Positions 35,412 through 45,282 of a stretch of DNA of 64,000 nt are shown piece by piece (position 1 is the first letter of the stretch; every line of letters starts with the position of its first letter). The notes under the pieces were generated by a model. It ran no database searches. It saw only the letters and a list, made by a program, of their open reading frames with translations, and was not told the DNA's origin. Source of the stretch: an uncultured bacterium. GTDB lineage: Bacteria > Bacillota_I > Bacilli_A > RF39 > UBA660. The DNA is taken from NCBI GenBank assembly GCA_949296605.1, contig CASFPB010000039.1, forward strand, positions 7,766 through 71,765, written 5' to 3'. A program made the translations under genes and the position numbers.

Positions 35412-36242
35412 ATGCCGGAAATAGCAGAAGTTGAGACTGTTAGAAATACTTTAAAAAGAATGATTTTAAATAAAAAAATTAAAGAAGTAAATATAATTTA
35501 TCCTAAAATGATAGAAAGTGATATAGATGATTTTAAAAATCAATTACCAGGAAAAACAATTGTAGATATAAAAAGAATTGGAAAATGGTTAATATTTGAT
35601 TTAGAAAAATATTACTTGCTTAGTCATTTGAGAATGGAAGGTAAATTCTTTGTAAAAAAGAGAGATGAAGAGATAAGTAAACATGAACATGTAATTATTA
35701 CATTTACTGATAATATAGATTTAAGGTATCATGATACAAGAAAATTTGGAAGAATGAATTTAATAAAAAAAGAAGATTTATATAAGGTAGAAGCAATAAA
35801 AAAGCAAGGAATTGAACCAACGGATAAAAATTTAAATGCAAATTATTTATATGAAAAAATTCACAAAAAAAATTTACCTATTAAAACAATTTTACTTGAT
35901 CAAACTATAATTTCGGGTTTAGGTAACATATATGCTGATGAAGTTTTATTTTCATCTAAAATAAATCCATTAAAAAAAGGAAAAGATATTACTCTAAATG
36001 AGTGCGAAAATATAAAGGTGAGTTCTAAAAAAGTTATTGAAGAAGCTATAAAGTGTGGTGGCACAACTATAAGAAGTTATACATCATCATTAGGAGTTAC
36101 AGGAAGATTTCAACAATACTTAAATGTTCATAAAAAAGAAGGGGAAAAATGCAAAAATTGTGGAAATATAATAAAAAAAATTAAAGTTGGTGGAAGAAGC
36201 ACTTATTATTGTCCCAATTGTCAAAAAGAAGATATGGAGTAA
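35412..36242 (+). CDS. mutM: Formamidopyrimidine-DNA glycosylase
   Basis: MPEIAEVETV N-terminus, H2TH region and C-terminal zinc finger CKNCG...YYCPNCQ. The polA-mutM order matches B. subtilis. Confidence 0.9.
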   Translation: MPEIAEVETVRNTLKRMILNKKIKEVNIIYPKMIESDIDDFKNQLPGKTIVDIKRIGKWLIFDLEKYYLLSHLRMEGKFFVKKRDEEISKHEHVIITFTDNIDLRYHDTRKFGRMNLIKKEDLYKVEAIKKQGIEPTDKNLNANYLYEKIHKKNLPIKTILLDQTIISGLGNIYADEVLFSSKINPLKKGKDITLNECENIKVSSKKVIEEAIKCGGTTIRSYTSSLGVTGRFQQYLNVHKKEGEKCKNCGNIIKKIKVGGRSTYYCPNCQKEDME

Positions 36243-36244
36243 AA

Positions 36245-37138
36245 ATGGAGTTTTTAAAGAAAAATTTAATAAGTATAGTTTCAATGTTAATTATTTTAAT
36301 AATTTTTATGTTATCGTTTTTTTCAGTAAAAAAAGAATATGATAGTATGTATAGTAGTCAAAAAAATTTATATTATAGTTGTCTTGAAAATAAAAGCGAT
36401 AATTGTCTTGAATACATAAAAGAATTTGAAGAAAATGATGTAAAGACTGCTGATACAATTACTGTATTTTTTACTTCTTTAATGGAACAAAAAGCTAGTA
36501 TAATGAATTATTTGTTAGTTATATTTTTAGTAGTTCCATCATTAATTCCATTTTGTAAAATATGTAAAAATAAAATAATTAACAATATACTAAATAGAAA
36601 AAAATATAATGAATTTTTAAAAGAAACATTTATTAATTGTTATAAAAATATTTGGATAATTTTTATTCCATTATTAATATTATTTATAGCGTCTTTAATA
36701 TATTCAGGTCATTTTCATTATGATTATATATTAAATAGTGAAAGCTATTATTCATTCTATGTTTACATAAATCCATTAATATATTGCATTTTATATTTTG
36801 TATCAATATTATTTTTTACTATATTTTATATTAACTTAGGTTTAATAATTGCAAGAAAAAATAGTAATATAGCAATTGTGGGAATTGAAAGCTTTTTATT
36901 ATTTATAATAATAGATATTATACTTGAAATAATATTTGGTTTTTTAATTAGTAAGATAATATATAATTCATTTTCATCAAGATTTAATTTATTAAATATT
37001 TTAAATATAGGTTATGCTAAAAACATATTAGAAATGATTTTAATTCCATTAATACTAGTAATAATTTCTTTTGTTATTTTAAAAATTATTTATAAAAGTA
37101 AAGAAAAGTTTATAATAGATTGCAATAAAAATAATTAA
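36245..37138 (+). CDS. Polytopic membrane protein, putative permease partner of the following ABC ATPase
   Basis: Several hydrophobic segments. Starts 3 nt after the mutM stop and is followed by the ATPase after 16 nt. No motif recognised. Confidence 0.5.
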   Translation: MEFLKKNLISIVSMLIILIIFMLSFFSVKKEYDSMYSSQKNLYYSCLENKSDNCLEYIKEFEENDVKTADTITVFFTSLMEQKASIMNYLLVIFLVVPSLIPFCKICKNKIINNILNRKKYNEFLKETFINCYKNIWIIFIPLLILFIASLIYSGHFHYDYILNSESYYSFYVYINPLIYCILYFVSILFFTIFYINLGLIIARKNSNIAIVGIESFLLFIIIDIILEIIFGFLISKIIYNSFSSRFNLLNILNIGYAKNILEMILIPLILVIISFVILKIIYKSKEKFIIDCNKNN

Positions 37139-37154
37139 TTTAATAAGGAGTAAT

Positions 37155-37790
37155 ATGGAAATAGTAATAAGAAATTTATCAAAAAAGTTTAAAGATAATT
37201 TAGTACTTGATAATGTCAATTTAAAATTTGAATCAGGAAATATATATGGTTTTGTAGGAGAAAACGGTAGTGGAAAAAGTGTTCTATTAAAATTAATTTG
37301 TTCATTTTATATACCAAGTAATGGAGAAATATTAATTGACAACATAAATTATTGTGATAATTCGAGTTTTCCAACTGATTTAAGGGCTTTTATTGATATA
37401 CCCAGTTTTTATCCGGAAAAAACAGGATTTGAAAATTTGAAAATACTTGCTAAAATTCAAAATAAAATAAATGATGAAAAAATTATAGAGACATTAAAAA
37501 TTGTTAATTTATATGAAGAAAAAAATAAGAAATTTTATGAATACTCAATGGGTATGAAACAAAAGTTAGGTATAGCAAGTGTAATTATGGAAGATCCTAA
37601 AATCATGATTTTTGATGAACCTTTTAATGGAGTAGATGAAAAAAGTAGGGAAAAAATAATTGATTATTTAAAAAGAATAAAGAATAAAAAAATAATAATT
37701 GTAAGTAGTCATATAAAAGAGGATATAAATAAATTATGCGATAAAATATATTGTTTTGAAAAAGGAACCATTAAATTAAATGAAAACTAA
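37155..37790 (+). CDS. ABC transporter ATP-binding protein (short, 211 aa)
   Basis: Walker A GENGSGKSV, degenerate signature YSMGMKQKLG and Walker B IMIFDEPFNGVD. Confidence 0.8.
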   Translation: MEIVIRNLSKKFKDNLVLDNVNLKFESGNIYGFVGENGSGKSVLLKLICSFYIPSNGEILIDNINYCDNSSFPTDLRAFIDIPSFYPEKTGFENLKILAKIQNKINDEKIIETLKIVNLYEEKNKKFYEYSMGMKQKLGIASVIMEDPKIMIFDEPFNGVDEKSREKIIDYLKRIKNKKIIIVSSHIKEDINKLCDKIYCFEKGTIKLNEN

Positions 37791-38505
37791 AGAAAATAAA
37801 TATAAATTATATTTTTTAATACTATTATTAGGTAGCTTAACATTGGGTATAAGTTATGGTGGAGGACGAAATGATTTTTTTACAATGATTTTATGTTCAT
37901 ACTCTTATATAGGAACAATTTTAATATTAATTTGCTTAATACTATATAATACAATTAATATAGTAAAAGATATTGATAATAACTATTTATTTTTATGCCG
38001 TTTTAAAAATATAAAACAATATTATAAATTTACAATAATAAAGTGTATAAAATCTAATTTGTTGATTTTGATACTGTTTTTCCTTTTAAATATAATTGTT
38101 TCTTTTTTCTTTTGCTATAATAACTTTCAAATACCAACTAATATATACAATCAAAGCTTTATTTTAATATTTGCTTATTGGACACTAAAATTAGTTATTA
38201 TTATTCTATTATTTATAATATTATCAATATTTATTTATAAGATATTTAATAAATTTGGAATACTAATTTATAGTCTAACTTTAATTTTATGTAATATTCT
38301 ATCTTACTATCAAAAAAATATAGTAACTATTGGTATAAATAGCTTGCATAATAATTTTTCCATTAATTTTGTTAATTATTTGACAATAAATAATTTTGCT
38401 ACTTTATCAAATGATATTAAATATTTTTCAATTTATTTAATACTTTTATTATTAATTATTATCGTATTTTATTTAATAGGAAATAAAAAGAAAGATATAA
38501 ACTAA
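37780..38505 (+). CDS. Polytopic membrane protein, putative second permease component
   Basis: Its ATG overlaps the ATPase 3' end by 11 nt. About 6 hydrophobic segments. Confidence 0.5.
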   Translation: MKTKENKYKLYFLILLLGSLTLGISYGGGRNDFFTMILCSYSYIGTILILICLILYNTINIVKDIDNNYLFLCRFKNIKQYYKFTIIKCIKSNLLILILFFLLNIIVSFFFCYNNFQIPTNIYNQSFILIFAYWTLKLVIIILLFIILSIFIYKIFNKFGILIYSLTLILCNILSYYQKNIVTIGINSLHNNFSINFVNYLTINNFATLSNDIKYFSIYLILLLLIIIVFYLIGNKKKDIN

Positions 38506-38519
38506 TAACATACATTAAT

Positions 38520-38548
38520 TTGACAAAATCAAAGTATTATAATAAAAT
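38520..38548 (+). promoter_or_regulatory. SigA-type promoter of the fic gene
   Basis: Consensus TTGACA (38520-38525), 17-nt spacer, taaaat (38543-38548). Confidence 0.5.
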
Positions 38549-38575
38549 ACAGCAATAAAAAAGGGGGAAATTATT

Positions 38576-39733
38576 GTGCAATTTAGAGATTATATAGAAT
38601 TACCTGATGCTAGTGGTAATAATTTTTATTATCATCCAGAACAATTAACTCCAATAAAAGAAGAAATAGAAGAATTTTTAACATTAAGTCCTGAAATATC
38701 AGATTTACACTTAGCTAAAAAAGTTTTATTTTCTCACGAAATACAATCAAATAATCAAGTTGAAGGTTATGGTTATGATGTCAGCCTAATAGAAGATGTT
38801 ATAAAAAGGAAAACTCAAAGAGTAAAAAGTGAAGTTGTTAAAAGAAGAATAGAAAATCTTTATCGAGGATATCAATATATTTTAAGACATAGAAAAATAG
38901 ATGAAGAACATTTAAGAGAATTATATCAAATATTAAGTAAAGATTTGATTGAATATAGAGACTTAATTAGAATGGGAGAATATTATAGGACTGATACAGT
39001 TTATATTTTACGTAATGGCAGATTACATGATAGCGCAATTGATGAAGGAGTTTTATGGACACAGATTCCATATTTAATTGGAAAATATTTTGAATTTTTA
39101 CATTCTTTAAGTTTTAATGAATCTATGACTGATGAATATATAAAATCCCAAATTATGCATTTTTATTTTGTGTTTATTCATCCATATTTTGATGCAAATG
39201 GAAGAACTTCAAGAACTATGGCCTTATGGTATTTGTTAAATAAGAAAGATTATCCTTTTATAATATTTAATCGTGGAATTAGTTTTGCAGGTGCAAAATA
39301 TGGTAAATTAATTGCTGATGCAAAAGATACAAAAGATTTAACAAAATTTTTAAATTTTATGTTAGAAACAGTAAAATTAGAAATGGAAAAAGAAACTGTA
39401 ATGCAAACAATAGCTAATAATTGTAATCATAGATTAAATGGAGTAGATTATCAAACACTTTTATATTTTTTAAGTATGAAAAGAAATAAAACAGTAACTG
39501 ATTTTGCGGCGTTCTATAACCAAAAAAATGAAAAGAAAAGAGTATTTGAAATATATAAAGAAATGATTTTACCTTTGATTGAAATGGATATTTTAGAAGT
39601 AGTAGGGTATTCTAAAAAAATGTTTTCCCCAGATTTAAATAATATGTTTTTAGAATTAAATCCTCAAATAGTTCCAAAAGAGGAAGATATGCAATTAAAA
39701 AGATTGAAAGTATTTCAATCTTCTAAAAAGTAA
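38576..39733 (+). CDS. Fic family protein (AMPylase-type)
   Basis: Catalytic motif HPYFDANGRTSR (HxFx[DE][AG]NGRxxR) and an N-terminal Fic_N-like helix ..NNQVEG... GTG start follows RBS aaggggga. Confidence 0.85.
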   Translation: MQFRDYIELPDASGNNFYYHPEQLTPIKEEIEEFLTLSPEISDLHLAKKVLFSHEIQSNNQVEGYGYDVSLIEDVIKRKTQRVKSEVVKRRIENLYRGYQYILRHRKIDEEHLRELYQILSKDLIEYRDLIRMGEYYRTDTVYILRNGRLHDSAIDEGVLWTQIPYLIGKYFEFLHSLSFNESMTDEYIKSQIMHFYFVFIHPYFDANGRTSRTMALWYLLNKKDYPFIIFNRGISFAGAKYGKLIADAKDTKDLTKFLNFMLETVKLEMEKETVMQTIANNCNHRLNGVDYQTLLYFLSMKRNKTVTDFAAFYNQKNEKKRVFEIYKEMILPLIEMDILEVVGYSKKMFSPDLNNMFLELNPQIVPKEEDMQLKRLKVFQSSKK

Positions 39734-40677
39734 GCATAATATTCTTCATAAGTAATATCATTTTCGTAAATATATGTAGCAATATCTTTGCCTACATATC
39801 TGTAATGCCAAGATTCAAATGAATAACCTGTAATATCAACTTTATCCTCAGGATACCTTAATATAAAACCAAAATTATGTGCATTTTCTTTTAACCACTT
39901 AGCTTCATCGGTTTGGGAAAATGTGTTTTTATTTGTATTAGTTTTACTAAATATATCTAAAGCAAGTCCAGTTTGATGTTCACTAGAACCAGGTCTTGCA
40001 GCAATTGAATCAGCAAATCTTTCACCACTAGAATTTTTATAATTATTATAAACTATTTCTTGATCTTCATAAGATCTATAAGAGGAATTAATCATCAAGT
40101 AATATCCTTCTTCATTAGCAGCATTCCACATATCTAAAAAGGCATTATAAGCAACCACACGAACTTTTTGACTACCAACTTCTCCCCAAGCATAATTTTG
40201 AGAAACATTTACTAAATCATCAGGAATGTAATCTTTATCAAGTAAATAGTGTTTATTTACAAGCAAAGTAGTATCTAAGGTAATATTTGCTTTTTCAGTA
40301 TCTTCATAAAAATTTTTATCTAAATGAATATTAATATTTCTAACAATTTCTGATGAACTTAAATCTTTATTATTATTCATATATTCGATATATAAATTAA
40401 AGTTTTTAGTTAAAAAGTATTTTTCATTTAATATATTAATAATTTTACTATTTTTTTCTTGACTTAAAACATATTTTATAATTTCATCATCGTTTAAATC
40501 TAATAAAAAGTCAACTTCATCATTAGAATAACCCAAATTTAATAATTTATACTCATTAGTTTTATGATATTGATATTCTTTAAATTTATTAATACCAAAT
40601 ATAACTCCTCCGACAATTACGATAATTAAACCAATAAATAAATAAACTTCCTTCTTTAATTTTTTTCTTGTTGCCAA
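39715..40677 (-). CDS. VanY/M15-family D-alanyl-D-alanine carboxypeptidase, membrane anchored
   Basis: SSYRSYEDQ, PGSSEHQTGLALDI and SWHYRYVG motifs. TTG start follows RBS ggaggt. The 3' end overlaps the fic 3' end by 19 nt. Confidence 0.8.
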   Translation of the reverse strand: MATRKKLKKEVYLFIGLIIVIVGGVIFGINKFKEYQYHKTNEYKLLNLGYSNDEVDFLLDLNDDEIIKYVLSQEKNSKIINILNEKYFLTKNFNLYIEYMNNNKDLSSSEIVRNINIHLDKNFYEDTEKANITLDTTLLVNKHYLLDKDYIPDDLVNVSQNYAWGEVGSQKVRVVAYNAFLDMWNAANEEGYYLMINSSYRSYEDQEIVYNNYKNSSGERFADSIAARPGSSEHQTGLALDIFSKTNTNKNTFSQTDEAKWLKENAHNFGFILRYPEDKVDITGYSFESWHYRYVGKDIATYIYENDITYEEYYAYFLED

Positions 40678-40761
40678 TTTATACCTCCATTATTATATTA
40701 ATTATAACACTAAATAACTATTTACAAAATAATTTATTTGTAGTAGTATTTTATTAAGGTA

Positions 40762-41133
40762 GTGGTGATAATATTGAATGTAAATAAAGAAATAATTAGC
40801 TATTGTCCAAATTTCTATAAAATCATCAATTGGACTCCGTATGAAGACGATAAAATAAGTGATAAGATAGTAAAATTATATCAAAAATATATTTTTAAAA
40901 TAGATATTAATGATAATGAAGATGTAGAACGTATTAAACAACTTGATCAAGTAGTTAATAAATATATAGATGATTTTGCATTCAGAAAAGAAATGCAAAA
41001 ACAAATAGTTACAATAAAAGTAGCAAAAAATGCTACTGATATATTAAAAGAAATAATAAAGTCAATTATTAAAATATTTGATAATTATGAAGAATACACA
41101 ACAAGAGTTATATATATATCTCGTTGGATTTAA
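40762..41133 (+). CDS. Hypothetical protein (123 aa)
   Basis: ORF only. The start is uncertain (GTG) and no motif is recognised. Confidence 0.35.
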   Translation: MVIILNVNKEIISYCPNFYKIINWTPYEDDKISDKIVKLYQKYIFKIDINDNEDVERIKQLDQVVNKYIDDFAFRKEMQKQIVTIKVAKNATDILKEIIKSIIKIFDNYEEYTTRVIYISRWI

Positions 41134-41145
41134 AAAGCAATTATA

Positions 41146-42174
41146 TTAGTTTTTAATTGCTTTTTTGTTTGTCCAAATTTTAATATATATTAACATAAAT
41201 AATAAAATCATAAATATAAATAGTATAGTAGGAAAACTTTTATATATTATCATTGAATTATAAAAGTTATTAGCAGTATATTGATTAACTATAATTAATA
41301 GTATTAGATTTATTAAAAATGGTATATAACTTTTTTTAACATTTATAATATTTTTAATCTTTAATGAACTAACTGACATACAAATAAATATATCAAAAAA
41401 CCATCCTACTGAAATAAAATTTTCAATATTTTCAATAAATTTGAAAAAGCTTATTTTTCTTAAAACAGAATACTCAGGATAACTATAAATATTTACTAAG
41501 TTTCCTAAAACAATTGTTAAAGTTAACACTACTACTAGAATTGTAAATGAACTAATTAAATAATATTTTAAACTGTTTTTAAAGTCTATATTTTCATCTA
41601 CTAATGTGATAAATGGAGCAGTAGATAAAATTGCAAATATTAAACTAGTTTTAAATATATTAGTAGGTTTAGTAGTAAAAAAGGGAAGTAAATTATTAAA
41701 ATCAAATTTATTTGTCAAAAGACAAGTTTTTAAAATAATTAAAACAATACTTATAACAAATAATATTTGGGCAACATATATTATCTTTTTTATAGATTTT
41801 GTGTTTAAAAAAGATGCTAAAAATATGAATGGTAAACAAGAAATAATTGATGGAGTAAATGGAAGGAAATATGAATATAAAAAAGTGGATAAAATAATTA
41901 GTAAGACAAAAATTCCAAATAAAATGAAACCTATTAGTATAATTTTAATTATAATGCTTAAAATAGAATCATTTTTTAAAAATGAGCTTAAAGGCATATT
42001 TATCTTTTTTTTAAAATAATTTATTAAATAAATTACAGCGATTCCTAAAAGTGAACCTAATATCACTGAAATGTATGCATCTTTATCACTGTATAAAAAT
42101 AAAATTGAAATACCACCACCTAAAAACAAACTACGAGCTAAAAAGTAAGTTAAAATATTAGAATTATTTTTCAT
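41146..42174 (-). CDS. Spore germination receptor B subunit (GerKB/GerAB-type permease-like)
   Basis: About 10 TM segments and the last gene of the A-C-B operon. ATG at 42174 follows RBS gaggtg. Confidence 0.7.
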   Translation of the reverse strand: MKNNSNILTYFLARSLFLGGGISILFLYSDKDAYISVILGSLLGIAVIYLINYFKKKINMPLSSFLKNDSILSIIIKIILIGFILFGIFVLLIILSTFLYSYFLPFTPSIISCLPFIFLASFLNTKSIKKIIYVAQILFVISIVLIILKTCLLTNKFDFNNLLPFFTTKPTNIFKTSLIFAILSTAPFITLVDENIDFKNSLKYYLISSFTILVVVLTLTIVLGNLVNIYSYPEYSVLRKISFFKFIENIENFISVGWFFDIFICMSVSSLKIKNIINVKKSYIPFLINLILLIIVNQYTANNFYNSMIIYKSFPTILFIFMILLFMLIYIKIWTNKKAIKN

Positions 42175-43240
42175 CGTGCACCTCATAAATTAAACCCTTT
42201 TTATTAATATTGAAATTAATATTACTTTTTATTTTTAAATTTAACCAATAATTTTCTTCTTTTTCTCTAGTTTTTTGATAATAGCTTTTTGATAATCCTA
42301 AAATATCACTCTTATATTTTTGAATTTTTTCTAAAAAGTTATTAAGTTTATTATTCATTATATTAGTAAAATCATTATTTAAATTATTTAAAACTTCTAA
42401 ACTTCTTATATCATAATTAGTTTCATTATCCATTATCTTTCCTTCTAAGCCACCTTCAACAAAAATCTTATTATCTGATATATATGTTTTTGTATCACCT
42501 GATATAATAGCTACAGAAAAATACAGATTATCGTATTCTTTAGAAAAAATTGGACGATAAAAATTATTTGTTAATATATTATAAATAGTAGCTTCATCAT
42601 TATTTAGTTTTTCTTTAAATTCATATTCATCAAATATTAATAAACCATCTATTTTAAATTGTTCATCATTTAAAGTAATATTTGAAAAACAAGTATCAAT
42701 ACCAAAAGTTATAATTTCATCAATCACTTGATCAAATGTTTTCATAACACTACTATTTGATGAATAATTATTACTTTCTAAAAGAGATATAATACTTGAA
42801 CTAACTACAGGATTATTTTTAGTAGTGTTATTAAGTATTTCTTTTGGAGATGAATCAATTGATGAAATAACGTAAAAATTTTCTCTAAAATATGTGCTTC
42901 TTATAAAATAATCAATTATAGTTTGAAATTTATCCTGAATAATAGAATCACTCAAAATCATTAATTTAACATGAGTATAATTTGCTTTATCTGCAATTAA
43001 ATCAGCAGTTTTTTCTATTGCTTTAGCAAGTGATTTATCACTATTTGTTTTAGTATATGAACTAATTTTAGATGATTCTTTATCACCAGAATCATTTAAT
43101 ATTTCTAATGTGATAATATATTTATCATCCTCATAATCAATTCCAATAGCACTAACAATACCTAAATTATTTACTTCTTGATAATCATAACAGCCGGAAA
43201 GTAAAAAAATAAAAGTAAGTAATAAAATTGCTTTTTTCAT
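42164..43240 (-). CDS. Spore germination receptor C subunit lipoprotein (Ger(x)C)
   Basis: Lipobox LLSGCY. NLGIVSAIGIDYEDDKYIITLEI is the typical GerAC N-terminus. RBS aaaggagga upstream. Confidence 0.8.
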   Translation of the reverse strand: MKKAILLLTFIFLLSGCYDYQEVNNLGIVSAIGIDYEDDKYIITLEILNDSGDKESSKISSYTKTNSDKSLAKAIEKTADLIADKANYTHVKLMILSDSIIQDKFQTIIDYFIRSTYFRENFYVISSIDSSPKEILNNTTKNNPVVSSSIISLLESNNYSSNSSVMKTFDQVIDEIITFGIDTCFSNITLNDEQFKIDGLLIFDEYEFKEKLNNDEATIYNILTNNFYRPIFSKEYDNLYFSVAIISGDTKTYISDNKIFVEGGLEGKIMDNETNYDIRSLEVLNNLNNDFTNIMNNKLNNFLEKIQKYKSDILGLSKSYYQKTREKEENYWLNLKIKSNINFNINKKGLIYEVHDEK

Positions 43241-44682
43241 TCTTTATCCTCCTTTTGTTTAATGATATTTTTATGAGTAAATAAGGTCGAGCGTTTAACA
43301 TCCTTTTTAATTGAAGATTTTAATACGGAGTTATTAAAGTAAGTTTTTTCAAATGGAGCTATCGGAGCAAAGTAAGGTTTTTTAAAACTTGTTATATTTG
43401 TGGTATAAATTAGAAAATATAAGAAACCTAAGGTTAGACCATATAATCCAAAGAAACCAGCTAGAATAATAAAAATAAATCTAAAAAATCTTAATGAATT
43501 ATTTATCTCAACATTAGTAAATGTTAAACTAGAAATAAATGTAATAGCAATAATAATTATCGTAATAGGGGATGCTATACCAGCAGAAACAGAAGCTTCA
43601 CCCAAAACAATTGCACCTAAAATGGATATAGCTGAACCATAATTTGAAGGAAATCTCAAATCGCTTTCTCTTAATATTTCACAAACTAATAGCATTAAAA
43701 TTGTTTCAATAATGGTTGGAAAAGGAACTCCATTACGCTGGATTGCAAAATCAATTAAAAGGTTAGTAGGTATAGTTTCTTGATTATAATTCATTATTGC
43801 AATGTAAAGTGCCGGCGCCATCATTGAAATAAAATAAGCAAAAAATCTTAAAATTTTAATAAAATTTATATTTTTACTTTTATTGTAATTATCAATATTT
43901 GGATTAATAAAATCTATAAAAAAAGCTGGAATAATCAAAGCATATGGAGAAGTGTCAATAACTAATGCTATTTTTCCTTCTAGTAAAGCAGTAGCTACCA
44001 TATCTGGCCGTTCTGTTTGTAAAAATGTAGGATATACATTTTTGGTTTCTTCATCTAATAAAAAACCTATAGAACTAGAATCAATAATCCCATCAATATC
44101 AATATTATCTAATTTTTTTAATATTTCTTTTACTAAATCCTCATCGGTAATATCATCAAAATACAAAACTCCAACATTAGTGTTAGTTTTTCTACCTATA
44201 ATTCTATTTTCAATTTTTAAATGACTAGATTTAATTCTTCTTTTTATTAATCCCACATTTATTTGATAATTTTCTGTAAAAGAATCTTTAGGACCATTAA
44301 TAGAAGTTTCAACATCAGCATTAGAAATACTTCTATTTATATCTGCTCTAGTTTCTACTGCAACAATTACATCTTTAAAAATAACAATTGTAAAACCATT
44401 TGTTAAATAAAACTCAATTTCATCTTCCGAAACATTTTTTTTAGTATTTGGTCCTGCTAAAAAAGATAATAAATTTTGTTTATTTATTTTATTATTAGTT
44501 TTTCCTATAATAATATTTTTAAGTATATAATCATTAATTTTATCACTACCACTAACTGTTTCTAAATAGACAACGTATAAAGTATTTAACAAATTTAATT
44601 TTATTTCTTTGATAATTAAATCTGGTGTTTTATTAAATTCTTTTTTTACTCTTTCAACTATTTTATTCAAGGTTATCACCAT
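43237..44682 (-). CDS. Spore germination receptor A subunit (GerKA/GerAA-type)
   Basis: Soluble N-domain plus 5 C-terminal TMs. Contains RADINRSISNADVETSINGPKDSFTENYQINVGLIKRRI and ERPDMVATALLEGKIALVIDTSPYALIIPA. Confidence 0.85.
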   Translation of the reverse strand: MVITLNKIVERVKKEFNKTPDLIIKEIKLNLLNTLYVVYLETVSGSDKINDYILKNIIIGKTNNKINKQNLLSFLAGPNTKKNVSEDEIEFYLTNGFTIVIFKDVIVAVETRADINRSISNADVETSINGPKDSFTENYQINVGLIKRRIKSSHLKIENRIIGRKTNTNVGVLYFDDITDEDLVKEILKKLDNIDIDGIIDSSSIGFLLDEETKNVYPTFLQTERPDMVATALLEGKIALVIDTSPYALIIPAFFIDFINPNIDNYNKSKNINFIKILRFFAYFISMMAPALYIAIMNYNQETIPTNLLIDFAIQRNGVPFPTIIETILMLLVCEILRESDLRFPSNYGSAISILGAIVLGEASVSAGIASPITIIIIAITFISSLTFTNVEINNSLRFFRFIFIILAGFFGLYGLTLGFLYFLIYTTNITSFKKPYFAPIAPFEKTYFNNSVLKSSIKKDVKRSTLFTHKNIIKQKEDKE

Positions 44683-44775
44683 TTATAATATTTACCATTT
44701 TATGGTATTTATAACATTATTTACCTTTATTAATTATTTATTTTGAATTATAATTATATTAAATGGAGTTATTAA

Positions 44776-45282
44776 ATGAAAGAAGAAATACTTTATAATG
44801 GTAATAAAAAAATACATAAAAAAGAAATGTTTATAATATTGGTAGCATATATTTTTGTAATATTTATAATACCGTATTTATTATTGCATTTTGATATTGT
44901 TAAAGTATATGCAACAACAGAAGCATGGAAAATTAAAGGAAATGTAAATTTAGCCTTTATAATAATGATTATTTTTGAATTATTAAGTGGAATTATAGTA
45001 GGGTATAAAACTAATAAGAGTTTAGTTTATATATTAATGATTATATTAAGTTTTCTTATAAAACTAATATTATATATATTATTTTCAGTCATTTTATTTT
45101 GGACTATTCAAAGTTTTTTTACAGATATGGAATTTTTAAATTCAAGACTAATAATTTCTTATTATGCATTTAATAATATATTTTTTATTACTCATTTACT
45201 AGGCTTACCTAGTATATTAGGAGTTCAAATAGGAATAATTCTAAAAAATAAATTAGGAGTTAAACATGGAAGTAAAAATTGA
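44776..45282 (+). CDS. Hypothetical membrane protein (168 aa)
   Basis: Four or five hydrophobic segments. RBS aatggag upstream. Confidence 0.5.
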   Translation: MKEEILYNGNKKIHKKEMFIILVAYIFVIFIIPYLLLHFDIVKVYATTEAWKIKGNVNLAFIIMIIFELLSGIIVGYKTNKSLVYILMIILSFLIKLILYILFSVILFWTIQSFFTDMEFLNSRLIISYYAFNNIFFITHLLGLPSILGVQIGIILKNKLGVKHGSKN

